A program made the translations under genes and the position numbers. A stretch of 64,000 nt of DNA, taken from IMG/VR virus record IMGVR_UViG_3300009187_000024; one strand, given 5' to 3'. This document shows positions 10,434-21,184 of this stretch, one piece after another; within the stretch, counting starts at the first letter, position 1; every line of letters begins with the position of its first letter. The notes beneath the pieces were generated by a model. The model was not told where the DNA came from. It saw nothing but the letters and a program-made list of their open reading frames with translations, and did no database searches. Source of the stretch: an uncultured virus (IMG/VR IMGVR_UViG_3300009187_000024) (taxonomy: Duplodnaviria > Heunggongvirae > Uroviricota > Caudoviricetes).

Positions 10434-10434
10434 G

Positions 10435-12933
10435 TTAGACCTGCAGAGCCAAACATCTCATATCGGACATTTTGGGAACGATTTGATACGTGTCGGACAC
10501 GAGAACGATTTTAACGGCAAACACTTTAAACGTATCAAACACGCCGTCTGCAGAAGTTATGTAACGCGCAATACTGTTATTGTTGGCGTATTTGAACGCT
10601 CCAGCCTGAGACTGCATACCAGGAATCAAACCAACAGCGCAGTTAGAAGAAACGAACGAAAGGTTAGAAGCCAATACCATCGAAGTTGAATTTGCGATTT
10701 GATTTACCTTTCGTACGTTAATTTTTCCGGTTGTATTGTCTGTGATATAGATAAAATCACCAGCATTGAAAGGATCGGTTGATCCGACCGAAACATTAGC
10801 TGAAGTCGCGTTAACACTAGCCGAATTGGCGACGATCTGAACAGAAGTAGGAAGATCGTATACGAGTTCTACATAGTCTTCTTTGTTCACAAGACTGCTT
10901 ATGAGAGCCGTACTTGTCGTTTCAACTAATGCAGACCAATCTTTAGCTTGAAATGTATCGCTGTCAGAACCAGCAAGGAATTTACCATACACTTTTAAAT
11001 CAGTGCCTGGGGGTCTATATGCAGTTACGTAACAAACCAAATCTTCAGCATCTTGCTGTTCGGCTAGAATAACATTTTTTGAAATATAACGAGTCGCGCT
11101 CGAAGAAATATTGCCCGTCTCTCCGAATGTGGCGACAGCCGTTATGTTAGCCGTAATAGCCTGCGTGGCGTTATAAATGCTGGTGTTTGAGATATTGAAA
11201 GTCGAGATCGAAGAAACATTTGATGACACTACGTTTGTAACGTGCAGTATAGATGAGTTACTGAAGAATACAGTACCGTTGGACGTAACGGTAGAATTAG
11301 CCTGTTGAACGGCATCGCCAATTGCGAAATTACCAGCAGAGTTGCTGTAAGATATGACGAAACCGTTTATTGAAGTATTCGGATAAACAAGATTATGTGT
11401 GGTCGTTACAGAGTTTCTGATTGTGTCAATGTACGGAGTGATTTTTGTATTCGATGTTTGAAGAGTCGCTGTTACAGTTAGAGAACTGTTTCCTACACCA
11501 GCTGATGGCGGATTAGCGAATTCGCTACTTCTTGACATAATTATTCTAGTTTTATCTATGAAATCATATGGAATTTCGTTGGCGATTGAATAGCTCGCGC
11601 TATCGCTTGTTCTTCCGGTATTATTACCTGTGCCAGAAAAATTCCAATATGTTGCTGTCATATTAGGCTCAACATCTGGAATCGTAGTCGTGATACCTTC
11701 ATACATCAAATCGTAAACGTCGCTAATTACAACGGAAGCTCCAGAAGTTCTACCTATCAACAGAGCGCCTTGACAATTAGCAAAATTAGACGTTGCATTA
11801 ACAGCGACCGAAGTCATTGTTAAAAACATATTGTCCCCACCAGTTATGCTTGAAAAGTTACCGGTAAGATTGGCATCATTTTTTACTCTACCAATGATAG
11901 CTGCAGGATCAGTAAACTTTAAAGCTCCAGAAAGAGTTAGCGTTCTAGAAGCAGCCGAAGCGCTGTTAACTTGTAAAATCTGAAAGTTAGTTTTTGCGCT
12001 CGTACCAACGTAGATAAAATTGCCTACGGCGAAATCTGTTGTCAAAGAAGTGTTTGCGTCGGGAACTGTTATTACGTTACAAGCTGAGGTTGTTGCAACG
12101 TTTGCGTAAACAGCAGAAGGAGCGGTTGTTATAGTATTAGATGTAGCCCCTCTCAGACCGCTAACGGCATCAAAAGATCCGTAAGTATTGCTCAATAATA
12201 CTTTGGTGTTGCTTGCGTAATAAACAGTACCATACGCGGTGGATTGCGCGAGGTTCGCTGTTGAAGTTCCCAGAGGTTGGAATACCATTTCGCCGTTCGC
12301 AAAGGTATTGGAACCGGAGATTGTAAGAGATGTATTACGCATATAGTTGTTTGAGACTACCAGCTTCTCTTGTTTTAAAAAATCACCAATTTTATCAGTT
12401 ACAACCAGGTGATCCGTCAACGCATTATTAAACACCGCTGTCGCCGAAGAAGAAGTAAAATTAGCGATATATGCGGTGTACTTTAAACTTTCGTTTTGCG
12501 CTGGAGTGAAATTTAAATCGTTTGAAGAGATAAACAGAGAACCAAGTTGATTGTTGTTGGTGATAGGAACGTTCGAAGATACGTCAGTTCCTCCGAGAGC
12601 ACCAACCCAAATTTGATATTTTGAATCATTGGCAACTGGAGCAACAATAATCGCGTACTGCTCATTCGTTCTCAACATTACTGGAGTATCAAATTCAAAT
12701 GTCGTCGCACGAGATGCGTCCGCGCTTGTAGTCACTGCCGATGATTCGATAGTCTTTGATCCATATGGAACCACTATGTTTGTCGGAACACCATTATTCG
12801 TTTCTCTAATCTGAACTTCAACTCCAAAAATAGTCGATTTTTGCTGAAAATAAAGATCAAGCTTTGTTAGAAAAACTGCTTCGACGCCAGTAGAAGGCTC
12901 ATTAATGATGAATGTTTGTGCAATTGGTTTCAT
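10435..12933 (-). CDS. Virion structural protein corresponding to the C-terminal part of VrlC/DUF4815-type proteins
   Basis: PIAQTF...FLTKLDLYF...RYISKNV...FAVKIVL...P...DMRCLAL. Confidence 0.7.
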   Translation of the reverse strand: MKPIAQTFIINEPSTGVEAVFLTKLDLYFQQKSTIFGVEVQIRETNNGVPTNIVVPYGSKTIESSAVTTSADASRATTFEFDTPVMLRTNEQYAIIVAPVANDSKYQIWVGALGGTDVSSNVPITNNNQLGSLFISSNDLNFTPAQNESLKYTAYIANFTSSSATAVFNNALTDHLVVTDKIGDFLKQEKLVVSNNYMRNTSLTISGSNTFANGEMVFQPLGTSTANLAQSTAYGTVYYASNTKVLLSNTYGSFDAVSGLRGATSNTITTAPSAVYANVATTSACNVITVPDANTSLTTDFAVGNFIYVGTSAKTNFQILQVNSASAASRTLTLSGALKFTDPAAIIGRVKNDANLTGNFSSITGGDNMFLTMTSVAVNATSNFANCQGALLIGRTSGASVVISDVYDLMYEGITTTIPDVEPNMTATYWNFSGTGNNTGRTSDSASYSIANEIPYDFIDKTRIIMSRSSEFANPPSAGVGNSSLTVTATLQTSNTKITPYIDTIRNSVTTTHNLVYPNTSINGFVISYSNSAGNFAIGDAVQQANSTVTSNGTVFFSNSSILHVTNVVSSNVSSISTFNISNTSIYNATQAITANITAVATFGETGNISSSATRYISKNVILAEQQDAEDLVCYVTAYRPPGTDLKVYGKFLAGSDSDTFQAKDWSALVETTSTALISSLVNKEDYVELVYDLPTSVQIVANSASVNATSANVSVGSTDPFNAGDFIYITDNTTGKINVRKVNQIANSTSMVLASNLSFVSSNCAVGLIPGMQSQAGAFKYANNNSIARYITSADGVFDTFKVFAVKIVLVSDTYQIVPKMSDMRCLALQV

Positions 12934-12945
12934 TTACTTCCTACT

Positions 12946-15900
12946 TTATCTTCTTGGTGGTCCGAAGCCTTGACTGATCTGTGAGATATTTGGTGGTTCA
13001 TTTTCAGGTGGGCAATGCGGATTTGGAATGCTTGTATCAAAATACTGCCAAGTGTCAGTCATCACTTGATTTTGATAAACAGTTCTCGTTTGTTTTTCTT
13101 CTTCTATATTTATCGTTCCAGATCTCACCTGTAGATTTGTTTTGCTTTTTTGGACAGATAAAGCAGAACAGAATAGCTTGGTTGAACATTGAGTTTCAAC
13201 TGCGCCTTCGCCTACGGTTAGATTACTAATGTCAGTAATGCGGAATTCAAGTTCGCCTTGTTTGAACAATCCAGCTGGGATAGCCAGAATACCATAGGCA
13301 TTACCTGATGCATTGCTGTATAAAGCTTTACCCCAATCTGTAATACCAGCGTACTGGAAATTACCAGAAGCTTTAGAAATATAAACTAAATTTCCTGCGT
13401 CAGTGAAATTATTACCACCGGAAGGAACTAAAGCTCCGGAGTAAGGAGCAAGAGGAAGAACGTCTTGATCAAGAGCAATTCCGTCTAGAAAGACGTGCAG
13501 CCTTGTATTCGGTTTCATACCTCTCGCGTAGAAAAAAATCTGCCTAGCTGGAACAAACTTCTGAACCGATACATCCGTAACATAATTTCCGATTTCTACA
13601 TTTGTATCAGAAACGGCTGTGCTAAATCTTTTGTTGATCTGTTGCTGTTGTTTAGAAAGAGTTGTTGTAACATTAGTTTGCCAAGTTTGAAGCTGACCAG
13701 CTGCATAGTTACCACCGCTATTTCCGATTTGATTGTCACTAGATTGTTGACCAACAAATTGCGCTGACCCATAATCAGTCCAGTTACCGTATTGCGTTCC
13801 AAACATAGAGTTTAGAGAATTTGTAGCGTTAATAAAGTTAGACGACAAATCTAGATTACTATTGATCACCGGACCTTGTGTGATATCCGAGTCAAGAATA
13901 CCAGGGGGATCAAGAACAACTGTGCCGCGATACGTATATTCACCTTGTGTGCATTTTAAATATTTCGAAGCGAAAGGCTGTTGTTGAATTATGTTGTTTG
14001 AAGTATGAGGAAGCATTACGACATAACCCTTTATAACCGCAGTAGAAGCGGAAGGATTAAATTTCATACCAATAGTCTGCTGACGGAAATAAGGTCTAGC
14101 CTCAGATTTAGTTTCATCAATCGCGATCATATAATTAGGATCGTTTGTATTACCGATTGAATGGTTCTTAAACGGATCAACAAGGATACCATTTTTAAAA
14201 CGATTCTGACCTGTATCGCCGCTACGAACAAGAAGCGAAGATGTTGCTTGTTCAAGCAGAGATAAAGAGGTGTAGTATTCTAGTCTGTCAATACGCGTAT
14301 TGATTTTATTGATATCAGCCATCGTATAACGTTTTGTTTGTAGAATGCTGGTCTGAACAGCATAATCATAACGATTATATGTCTTGGCTTCTGCTGGAGT
14401 TAGCGAAGGATAAGGTGCAACAGTAGCAATACCAATGGTCATCGATCCAGGAAGTTCCGGAGGCGGTGCCGGGTTGATTGCTGGCGTTCCCTCGGTTACG
14501 AGAATCTCACCGGAAGTTGCTAAGGAGATTCTATCTTTTCTTGGGAGATAATATTGAATTGTTGACTGGTAGTTTGTTCCCGGAGTTGGTAGATACGAAC
14601 CATTCGCGCCATAAGAATAAAGAGTCAAAGTGCCCGAAGGATTGATCGTAGCAGACCCAACAGAAGAAGCGTTCGCGACTGCCGTATTAACAGCGTAAGG
14701 GCGGAAATCGACGCTATCTCTCAGATCAAACAAAGAACCGATTGTTGAAGTGTACTGAGGAATCTGATAAGTTTGAATAGCCGAAGTATTTGATGTGTTT
14801 GCATCATCGACAGGGTAAGAAGCTGCGTTGAAGAAACCTACACCCTGAGAAGGGGACGCAACAAAATTATCTACAGAAACAAGTAGCGTTGCGTTTGGAG
14901 CAATTGGAGCTGTTGTTGTAAGATAAGCAAACCCATAATAACTATCTCTTTGACCATTATCGATTCTGAAAGATGTAACTCTATCCGGATTTGATGTCGA
15001 ATACGTTCCGCCGCTGTTATCAACGTAAACAGAATTCAATTTTAGAACATCAGGGATACCAAGGCACCAAGGACCAGTTGTTCCTCCGGAGTTTGTATTA
15101 GCCTGGATTTTTACGTAAGTCGATTTATTGATAATTTTGTCAATAGGTTTAGTGCCAGAACGAAGAATATCAAAGTAAACAGATGCATCGAAGTTAGCAT
15201 TGGCTGTTTCACCAAGAGCGATGTTTGCTGTCGTTGTTGAAGTAATATTGATTGTTCTGGTTGAAGTCTGAAAGTTTAAAGGAGATCCAGCTGGCCAAGT
15301 CTTTTGATGATTAAGACCTGAAGAAACAAAAACGAATGCCGAATCAACAACCATAGACGTATTGTTAGAAATCGACTTGATAAGTTTCGTTGCTGTATTA
15401 CAATACAAATAATCACCCACACCGTAATCGGTCAAGAACGTAGTAGAAGAACCAACGACGTTTGGAGAAGAATTACTTACAGAAACCGTTCCAGTTTTGT
15501 TATTACTATAGCCAGTTGTTACAGGAATTACAATGAACGTATTTTCTGCAGACTCTGTCAGATATCCTGTTCCGTAATTAAATGTTTCTGTTCCCGATCC
15601 AACCGCAGAAGCTAGAGTAAGAGATAGAGAACCACTTGTCGCTAGGAATGTAGCGTTTGCTCTGTTTCTGTAAGCATACTGAGCTGTCGAAGAAAACCCT
15701 TCGCGGCGAATAGCTTTTTGTCCAAAAGGAAATATCGCTGTTTCACCAGCAGATTCTTGAATCTTAGCAATAAAATTTCCGTTGAAATTTTTATCTAGAA
15801 TGATATCAGCTACTGCCTTTAAGCTTCCATTATAGTAGATAACGCTTCTAACATCATCAATTTTCTGACCAGCAGACATAGAGATATTGAAAACATAAAG

Positions 15901-17238
15901 GGAGTATTCAGCGTCGACTCCAGGCACACCAGAGTAATATTCAACGCCTCGTACGTAAGCTGTACCAATTTTTGTAGAGGAAGAATAAGATGTACTTAGA
16001 AACGTCTTTCCGGCTATGGCTGTTTTTGCGACGCTGTGTAATTCGACTTGCGCAAGTTGATCATTATTGAAATCGCCAACAAACTGATTTACATTAAAGT
16101 AATATCCGAAATTGGAAGTGACAAGCTGATTTGTTAGTGTTACATAATCAGTTGCTTTACGTAGGTCGGCTGCATTGTTGTTGATAAACTCTACTCGATA
16201 ACCCTTGACGTAACCAATACCTGGAGAAGAAATAATACTGAGATAAGTTGAATTAGCCGTGTTCTCTGTGTAGTTGTATTTTTTGTCAGTGCTCAGAAGA
16301 AACGGATTTACAATATAGTCACCGTTCGTTTCAAACGTGCGGCGAGCTGTATCTTTTGCTATAGCAGCATATTGAGGATCATTCTTAATTGAAACTGGCA
16401 AACCATTCTTAAAATCACAAAGCGAAAAGAAAGTTGCCGTATTAGATACAGAGTTTGATGCTCTTGAAACCAACATAGGGACGAGCTTTAAACGATGAGC
16501 TCCGGGAGCGTCGTAGTTTGGAGAGCCAGCAGCATTATCAAGAAGCGATGTGTCAATTTCCGGTGTAACGATTTCCTCATCAGCTTCAAATCCGACAGAA
16601 ACCCCATCAGGTATATTATTGTATCTGTTAACAACCAAAGTTTGAGGTTCGACGCGAATGAAAAATCCTTTTTTGAAGATTACACCCTCGGTTGTAGTGA
16701 AGGCATAACCTTTACCAGTTGAATTTGTAACAGTCGCTACAACTACATTACCAACATTAACAGCGGAGTCAGTTTTGATCTGAACAGTCTCATTGTTGGC
16801 GAATACGGTTTGCTGAAATCCATTCGCATACGTTGATGAATTCAAATATTTAAGATAAAGCGTATTCAGATTAGGATTTTCTGATTCGTAACCACTCAGA
16901 GCGTTTACAACGCGAGCTTGAAGACCGTTTGTGTTAATTGCAATTTTACCGACGAAATCGTTAATGTTAGAAATAGCGGAGTTGTTTGCATAGTTGTCTT
17001 TGATTTTTACGTAATTGTAAGAATTGTCGAATGTGAACGCGCAACCTTCAACGACAGAACCTTCTTTGAAAATATGACGACCGAACTTGTCAATCTGATC
17101 TTGTAGAATAGTCTGCATCTGATTGAGTTCGCGTGCCTGAACAGCCGAAGCTGGACGATAAAGTACGCGGTAAAAATTCTTTTTTACGTCGTAATCGTCG
17201 AAGTAAGGCTTGCGCGAAAGATCTGTGTCTAGTTCCAT
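12946..17238 (-). CDS. DUF4815 / VrlC-like large virion structural protein
   Basis: PYFDDY...FYRVLYRP...VQARELNQMQTILQDQI; KRYTMADI...RLEYYTSLSLLE; RFKNGILVDPF. Confidence 0.8.
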   Translation of the reverse strand: MELDTDLSRKPYFDDYDVKKNFYRVLYRPASAVQARELNQMQTILQDQIDKFGRHIFKEGSVVEGCAFTFDNSYNYVKIKDNYANNSAISNINDFVGKIAINTNGLQARVVNALSGYESENPNLNTLYLKYLNSSTYANGFQQTVFANNETVQIKTDSAVNVGNVVVATVTNSTGKGYAFTTTEGVIFKKGFFIRVEPQTLVVNRYNNIPDGVSVGFEADEEIVTPEIDTSLLDNAAGSPNYDAPGAHRLKLVPMLVSRASNSVSNTATFFSLCDFKNGLPVSIKNDPQYAAIAKDTARRTFETNGDYIVNPFLLSTDKKYNYTENTANSTYLSIISSPGIGYVKGYRVEFINNNAADLRKATDYVTLTNQLVTSNFGYYFNVNQFVGDFNNDQLAQVELHSVAKTAIAGKTFLSTSYSSSTKIGTAYVRGVEYYSGVPGVDAEYSLYVFNISMSAGQKIDDVRSVIYYNGSLKAVADIILDKNFNGNFIAKIQESAGETAIFPFGQKAIRREGFSSTAQYAYRNRANATFLATSGSLSLTLASAVGSGTETFNYGTGYLTESAENTFIVIPVTTGYSNNKTGTVSVSNSSPNVVGSSTTFLTDYGVGDYLYCNTATKLIKSISNNTSMVVDSAFVFVSSGLNHQKTWPAGSPLNFQTSTRTINITSTTTANIALGETANANFDASVYFDILRSGTKPIDKIINKSTYVKIQANTNSGGTTGPWCLGIPDVLKLNSVYVDNSGGTYSTSNPDRVTSFRIDNGQRDSYYGFAYLTTTAPIAPNATLLVSVDNFVASPSQGVGFFNAASYPVDDANTSNTSAIQTYQIPQYTSTIGSLFDLRDSVDFRPYAVNTAVANASSVGSATINPSGTLTLYSYGANGSYLPTPGTNYQSTIQYYLPRKDRISLATSGEILVTEGTPAINPAPPPELPGSMTIGIATVAPYPSLTPAEAKTYNRYDYAVQTSILQTKRYTMADINKINTRIDRLEYYTSLSLLEQATSSLLVRSGDTGQNRFKNGILVDPFKNHSIGNTNDPNYMIAIDETKSEARPYFRQQTIGMKFNPSASTAVIKGYVVMLPHTSNNIIQQQPFASKYLKCTQGEYTYRGTVVLDPPGILDSDITQGPVINSNLDLSSNFINATNSLNSMFGTQYGNWTDYGSAQFVGQQSSDNQIGNSGGNYAAGQLQTWQTNVTTTLSKQQQQINKRFSTAVSDTNVEIGNYVTDVSVQKFVPARQIFFYARGMKPNTRLHVFLDGIALDQDVLPLAPYSGALVPSGGNNFTDAGNLVYISKASGNFQYAGITDWGKALYSNASGNAYGILAIPAGLFKQGELEFRITDISNLTVGEGAVETQCSTKLFCSALSVQKSKTNLQVRSGTINIEEEKQTRTVYQNQVMTDTWQYFDTSIPNPHCPPENEPPNISQISQGFGPPRR

Positions 17239-17252
17239 TCTATCCTCTTAAA

Positions 17253-20200
17253 CTAAAATTTAATAACAATACGTATTTCTTCTTTGGAAGTCGCCGAACG
17301 AGTAACTGGCGTGAAACTTTCAGTATAAATCATTTTTCCAGAATCTCTAACTAGATCTGGGTTTGTAATCAGTAAGTAATTATTGCAAGTGCCAGCAGCG
17401 CCCGAAGTTTGTCCGTTAATAGCGTTCGAACCAGCCTGAAAATTATTTACGTCAGATACATCATTCAATACGAGTACTGGATACACCCCAGTAACGTTTG
17501 CTGTTGCAGCAACTCCATTATTTATAGTGCGACCCGAGCCGAATGACAGGTTTGCGCTTACAGAAGTCAATTTTAAGTAAGTCGAATTCGCAAAAGTGCA
17601 AATACCGTTAGCGTTGGTTGTCGTGTCCGTGACTGTTTGACCGATCGTAAAAGCACCGCTGATTATTGAAATAGACAGATCTTTTTCGTCGGTCGCTGAA
17701 ACGATTCTACCACTAGCCATCGAAATATCTTGCTGAACATACTCGTTTTTAGAGAACGCGCCAGTATTCGCAGTGAGAGTTACTCTCGCAGTTTGATTGA
17801 AACGATTACCGAAATTCGAAGATACATCGATAGTTCCGTTTGAAGCGTAGATACTAGAAACCGTAGCGTAAGCATTTACGATGGCGTCGTACATAACATC
17901 GCCAGTAGCAAACTGACCAACAACGTTGCTCATGAAGTATACAGTATTGCTTATTACTGAAGTGATTACACCAACAGAGCCTGAATTCGATTGCGTAATG
18001 ATCTCAGCCGAGTTTCCGACAGGGAAGTAGATTGTATTAGCGGTAACAACATTTGACGTTGTGTTCGAATAATAACCTTGAACTGTGTTAGAAATATTGA
18101 ACGTTCCCTTTACATTCTTTAATTGAAGGAACGTAGAGTTACCATATACAACAATTCCTGCAGCATTTGTACTTGACTGTAAAGCGACCTCGCCATTCGC
18201 CCAAGTTCCAGAAGTGCTGTTTAAAGTCAAATTAACACGATCAAAATCGGTAAGAGTTATTTTAATGTCTCTGAATTGTGGATTTTGTAAGATACCTACT
18301 TTTCTGTAAGAACCATAGCCAAGGATCTTATAGCTCTCGTTTGTAATTGTGTCAAACTTAGCGTCAACCCCAACGTATCTTCCGCCTAGTTCGGTTACAG
18401 AATCGTATCCATGCCCGTACAATGGAGAGATAATTGCTCTGGCTTTAGCTCCGATACCGTAGTTTGTGTTGGCGTAAATTGAAACGTTAGCTTGAGTGTA
18501 TCCGGTGCCTGGATTTACAATGTTAATACCAACAACGTCGTAGCTAGAATTAGCTGCAGTGTTGACAACAGCAATAGCAATGGCATTCGAACCATCTCCA
18601 GTTATGCTTACGGTCGGTCCGATCTGATATTCGGTCTGATCGTTCGGGAGGTTTAATTGAGAGACTAGAGTCGCATTACCACTCGACGCGCTGTTCGCTG
18701 TCGTTTTAAAAAATACTGGGTAACCGAGTTTAAACGTTCCGTTGGGCTTGTTGATTGTAATATTCGGATTACTTTGCACAGACACAATCTGCGAAAGCTG
18801 TAGCGAAGATTCTCCATTTACGTAAAATTGAGTTCCTCCGCTGTTAGCCTGCCAGGATCCCGATACGCTCGATAAGATTACAGTCGAAGAGTTTGAATAC
18901 GCGATAATTGCATTTGCGCCTTGGTTAACAAGACCGGAATTGGTCATATTAACTTTCTCACCCACGGAGAAATACACTCCAGCAATAGAAGAATTTGTAA
19001 TAGAAACCTGCACAGAAGTTAGGTTAGTGTTCGAAACGTACCCATTCGTTCTTTTAATTACAATAGATGCAGGCTGCGCCGCTACATTCATTTTATAGTG
19101 AGAATTGTTAGAGGCTGTAAAGGAAACACCAAAAGGTAGATCTGTAATCAAAACAGTGGTGTTTACGTTGTTTGCAACCCTACGAATATTACTTACTGTA
19201 TTAGCACCAACTCGAATATATTCTCCGTTCGCATAACCATTAGCTGAATCATTCAGCTGAGTTCCGTATCCGCGAACAATCTGATTGTCACAATACATAA
19301 TAGCTGTAGCGGTCTGACCTTGAAGAGTATGCCCAGTTGAACCTACACCTTTGGTTAAAGCTATGCGGGAACCTGTTGCAGTTGCTTTTAGAGCAACAAC
19401 AGTTGAGTTTGCAAATTCAATATAATAAGTTGTACCAGATGTAAGACCGGCTATTGCCGTATTACCAGCAGAAACTGTATAGGTAATTAGATCGTTGGCA
19501 GTATAAAAAGCTGTGGCAGAAGCTACGTTTGCGACCAAATAAGTTACGGTCGTATTACCAGTAGCTGTTCCACCGGTTGAGTTAGTGATAGCTATATTTG
19601 ATACTGGAATAGTTCCAGATAAATCAAAACCTACTCCAGTATTCGCGATTGTAAACGCGAGACTACCACCTGTTGAGTTTGTCGTAAAAGTGACAGTGGC
19701 ATTGGTTGTTGCCGATTTAACTGTTATGATATCATTATTGTTATACCCAAGAGCGATTCCTCCAGACAAAGAAATATTGTCTAAACGAGTAAGATTAATA
19801 ACGTTATTTGAACCACCACCAGTTCCAGCAGTGACCGCAGTGTTAGAGTTGAATGTCTGAGCAGCAGGAGCGGATATTGTAAGAGTTGGAGCTACGAAAT
19901 AAGAATTACCCACAGCTGTAATATTGATAGCTGAAATCTTACCACTAGCATTAGCCTGAGCATTAGCAGTTGCTCCGGATCCAGTTCCATTGGCTGTGAT
20001 TGTTACTGTAGCGTTAGCTGTATAACCGGAACCAGCAGTTGTAACAAAAGCAATATTACAAGATCCAACGTTACCGACAGAGACGTTTCCGGTCTTTAAG
20101 GTTCCTGAGTACGCTGCGTCAACGATTGGAAACCCATTCTGGAAAAGTGTGTTCGCTGCATATCTTGTTATCTGCACGACAGAACTATTGGTTGCTAATA

Positions 20201-21152
20201 CCTTACCAGAAACGCCGGTATCAGACTGCGACACCGTAGAATTAGAATTAAAGTAGCCTTGCGCATACAAGTAATTAACTTCATCCACAGGCTGTTCGAT
20301 GAAATATCCCGTCGCGACAGTTCCAGACACATCGGCGAGATCTAGTCTTGTGTAAGTATCAAACGGTTCGTTTACGTATATCTGCTTTGAAGTTCCATTA
20401 GACGAAGAAATTTCGCGAATCTGACCTGCTCCGAACCCTGATTTTAAATATATCGAAGATTTTACATAATAATCGTCTGTGTTAGAAGACGATTGAGGAA
20501 GCTGAATTACGTAATTACCGACCGTTCCGCCGATATAGCCAGTTTCATAAACGAAGTAACTATTTCCTCCATCGGTAATTTTAATAACATCAATAGAACC
20601 CGGAGTTGTGTTTCCTTGAACAGCAGCGTTCGTGCTAACTGGAATATAATTTGCGGTTGTGAATTTAGAGTTTGATGATGCGTCGATCGTATACATGTAT
20701 TTCCAGACGTAACCATCGCCAGTTTTAAACGTCCCGGAAGTGGACGTAAGAGTTGGTTTTACGTAGGATGTAGTGCCGTTGTTATTGTCGATACACTTAT
20801 ACACTTCGTATTTGTCGGTTACAACGTAGAATTTTTTTGAATAGAGATCGGTAACCGTCTGATCGTAAACGTCGTACTTGGTGTTGATAACCCAGTCGTA
20901 ACGCGGAATCAAATTACTAACGTCTGAATCAGTAAGAAGTTTACCGTAAAGCAGATCGTCATATACGGTTTGTTCCACCTGAGCAACCGAATTGTTAGTT
21001 CCTAATACTGCATAATCGTCATCACCACCAGAGCTGTTAGCCCAAGGTTGTGGTCTAGACGCAAACATGTAATAACCATTTCTGTTATTACGAATGTCAG
21101 TGATGAAACCGTTTGCCTGATTTATGTAATGGTTAATCGTAAGTGTTGCCAT
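17253..21152 (-). CDS. gp8: Baseplate wedge subunit, gp8-like, greatly expanded
   Basis: FYVVTDKYEVYKCIDNN...DGYVWKYMYTI, GHGYD..ELG, YRKVGILQNP, C-terminal EEIRIVIKF. Confidence 0.85.
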   Translation of the reverse strand: MATLTINHYINQANGFITDIRNNRNGYYMFASRPQPWANSSGGDDDYAVLGTNNSVAQVEQTVYDDLLYGKLLTDSDVSNLIPRYDWVINTKYDVYDQTVTDLYSKKFYVVTDKYEVYKCIDNNNGTTSYVKPTLTSTSGTFKTGDGYVWKYMYTIDASSNSKFTTANYIPVSTNAAVQGNTTPGSIDVIKITDGGNSYFVYETGYIGGTVGNYVIQLPQSSSNTDDYYVKSSIYLKSGFGAGQIREISSSNGTSKQIYVNEPFDTYTRLDLADVSGTVATGYFIEQPVDEVNYLYAQGYFNSNSTVSQSDTGVSGKVLATNSSVVQITRYAANTLFQNGFPIVDAAYSGTLKTGNVSVGNVGSCNIAFVTTAGSGYTANATVTITANGTGSGATANAQANASGKISAINITAVGNSYFVAPTLTISAPAAQTFNSNTAVTAGTGGGSNNVINLTRLDNISLSGGIALGYNNNDIITVKSATTNATVTFTTNSTGGSLAFTIANTGVGFDLSGTIPVSNIAITNSTGGTATGNTTVTYLVANVASATAFYTANDLITYTVSAGNTAIAGLTSGTTYYIEFANSTVVALKATATGSRIALTKGVGSTGHTLQGQTATAIMYCDNQIVRGYGTQLNDSANGYANGEYIRVGANTVSNIRRVANNVNTTVLITDLPFGVSFTASNNSHYKMNVAAQPASIVIKRTNGYVSNTNLTSVQVSITNSSIAGVYFSVGEKVNMTNSGLVNQGANAIIAYSNSSTVILSSVSGSWQANSGGTQFYVNGESSLQLSQIVSVQSNPNITINKPNGTFKLGYPVFFKTTANSASSGNATLVSQLNLPNDQTEYQIGPTVSITGDGSNAIAIAVVNTAANSSYDVVGINIVNPGTGYTQANVSIYANTNYGIGAKARAIISPLYGHGYDSVTELGGRYVGVDAKFDTITNESYKILGYGSYRKVGILQNPQFRDIKITLTDFDRVNLTLNSTSGTWANGEVALQSSTNAAGIVVYGNSTFLQLKNVKGTFNISNTVQGYYSNTTSNVVTANTIYFPVGNSAEIITQSNSGSVGVITSVISNTVYFMSNVVGQFATGDVMYDAIVNAYATVSSIYASNGTIDVSSNFGNRFNQTARVTLTANTGAFSKNEYVQQDISMASGRIVSATDEKDLSISIISGAFTIGQTVTDTTTNANGICTFANSTYLKLTSVSANLSFGSGRTINNGVAATANVTGVYPVLVLNDVSDVNNFQAGSNAINGQTSGAAGTCNNYLLITNPDLVRDSGKMIYTESFTPVTRSATSKEEIRIVIKF

Positions 21153-21176
21153 TAGTTCGCCCAATTACCTTTATGC

Positions 21177-21184
21177 TATTTATT
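21177..21184 (-). promoter_or_regulatory. Possible late promoter (AATAAATA)
   Basis: One mismatch to the T4 late promoter TATAAATA; intergenic, just upstream of gp8. Confidence 0.4.
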
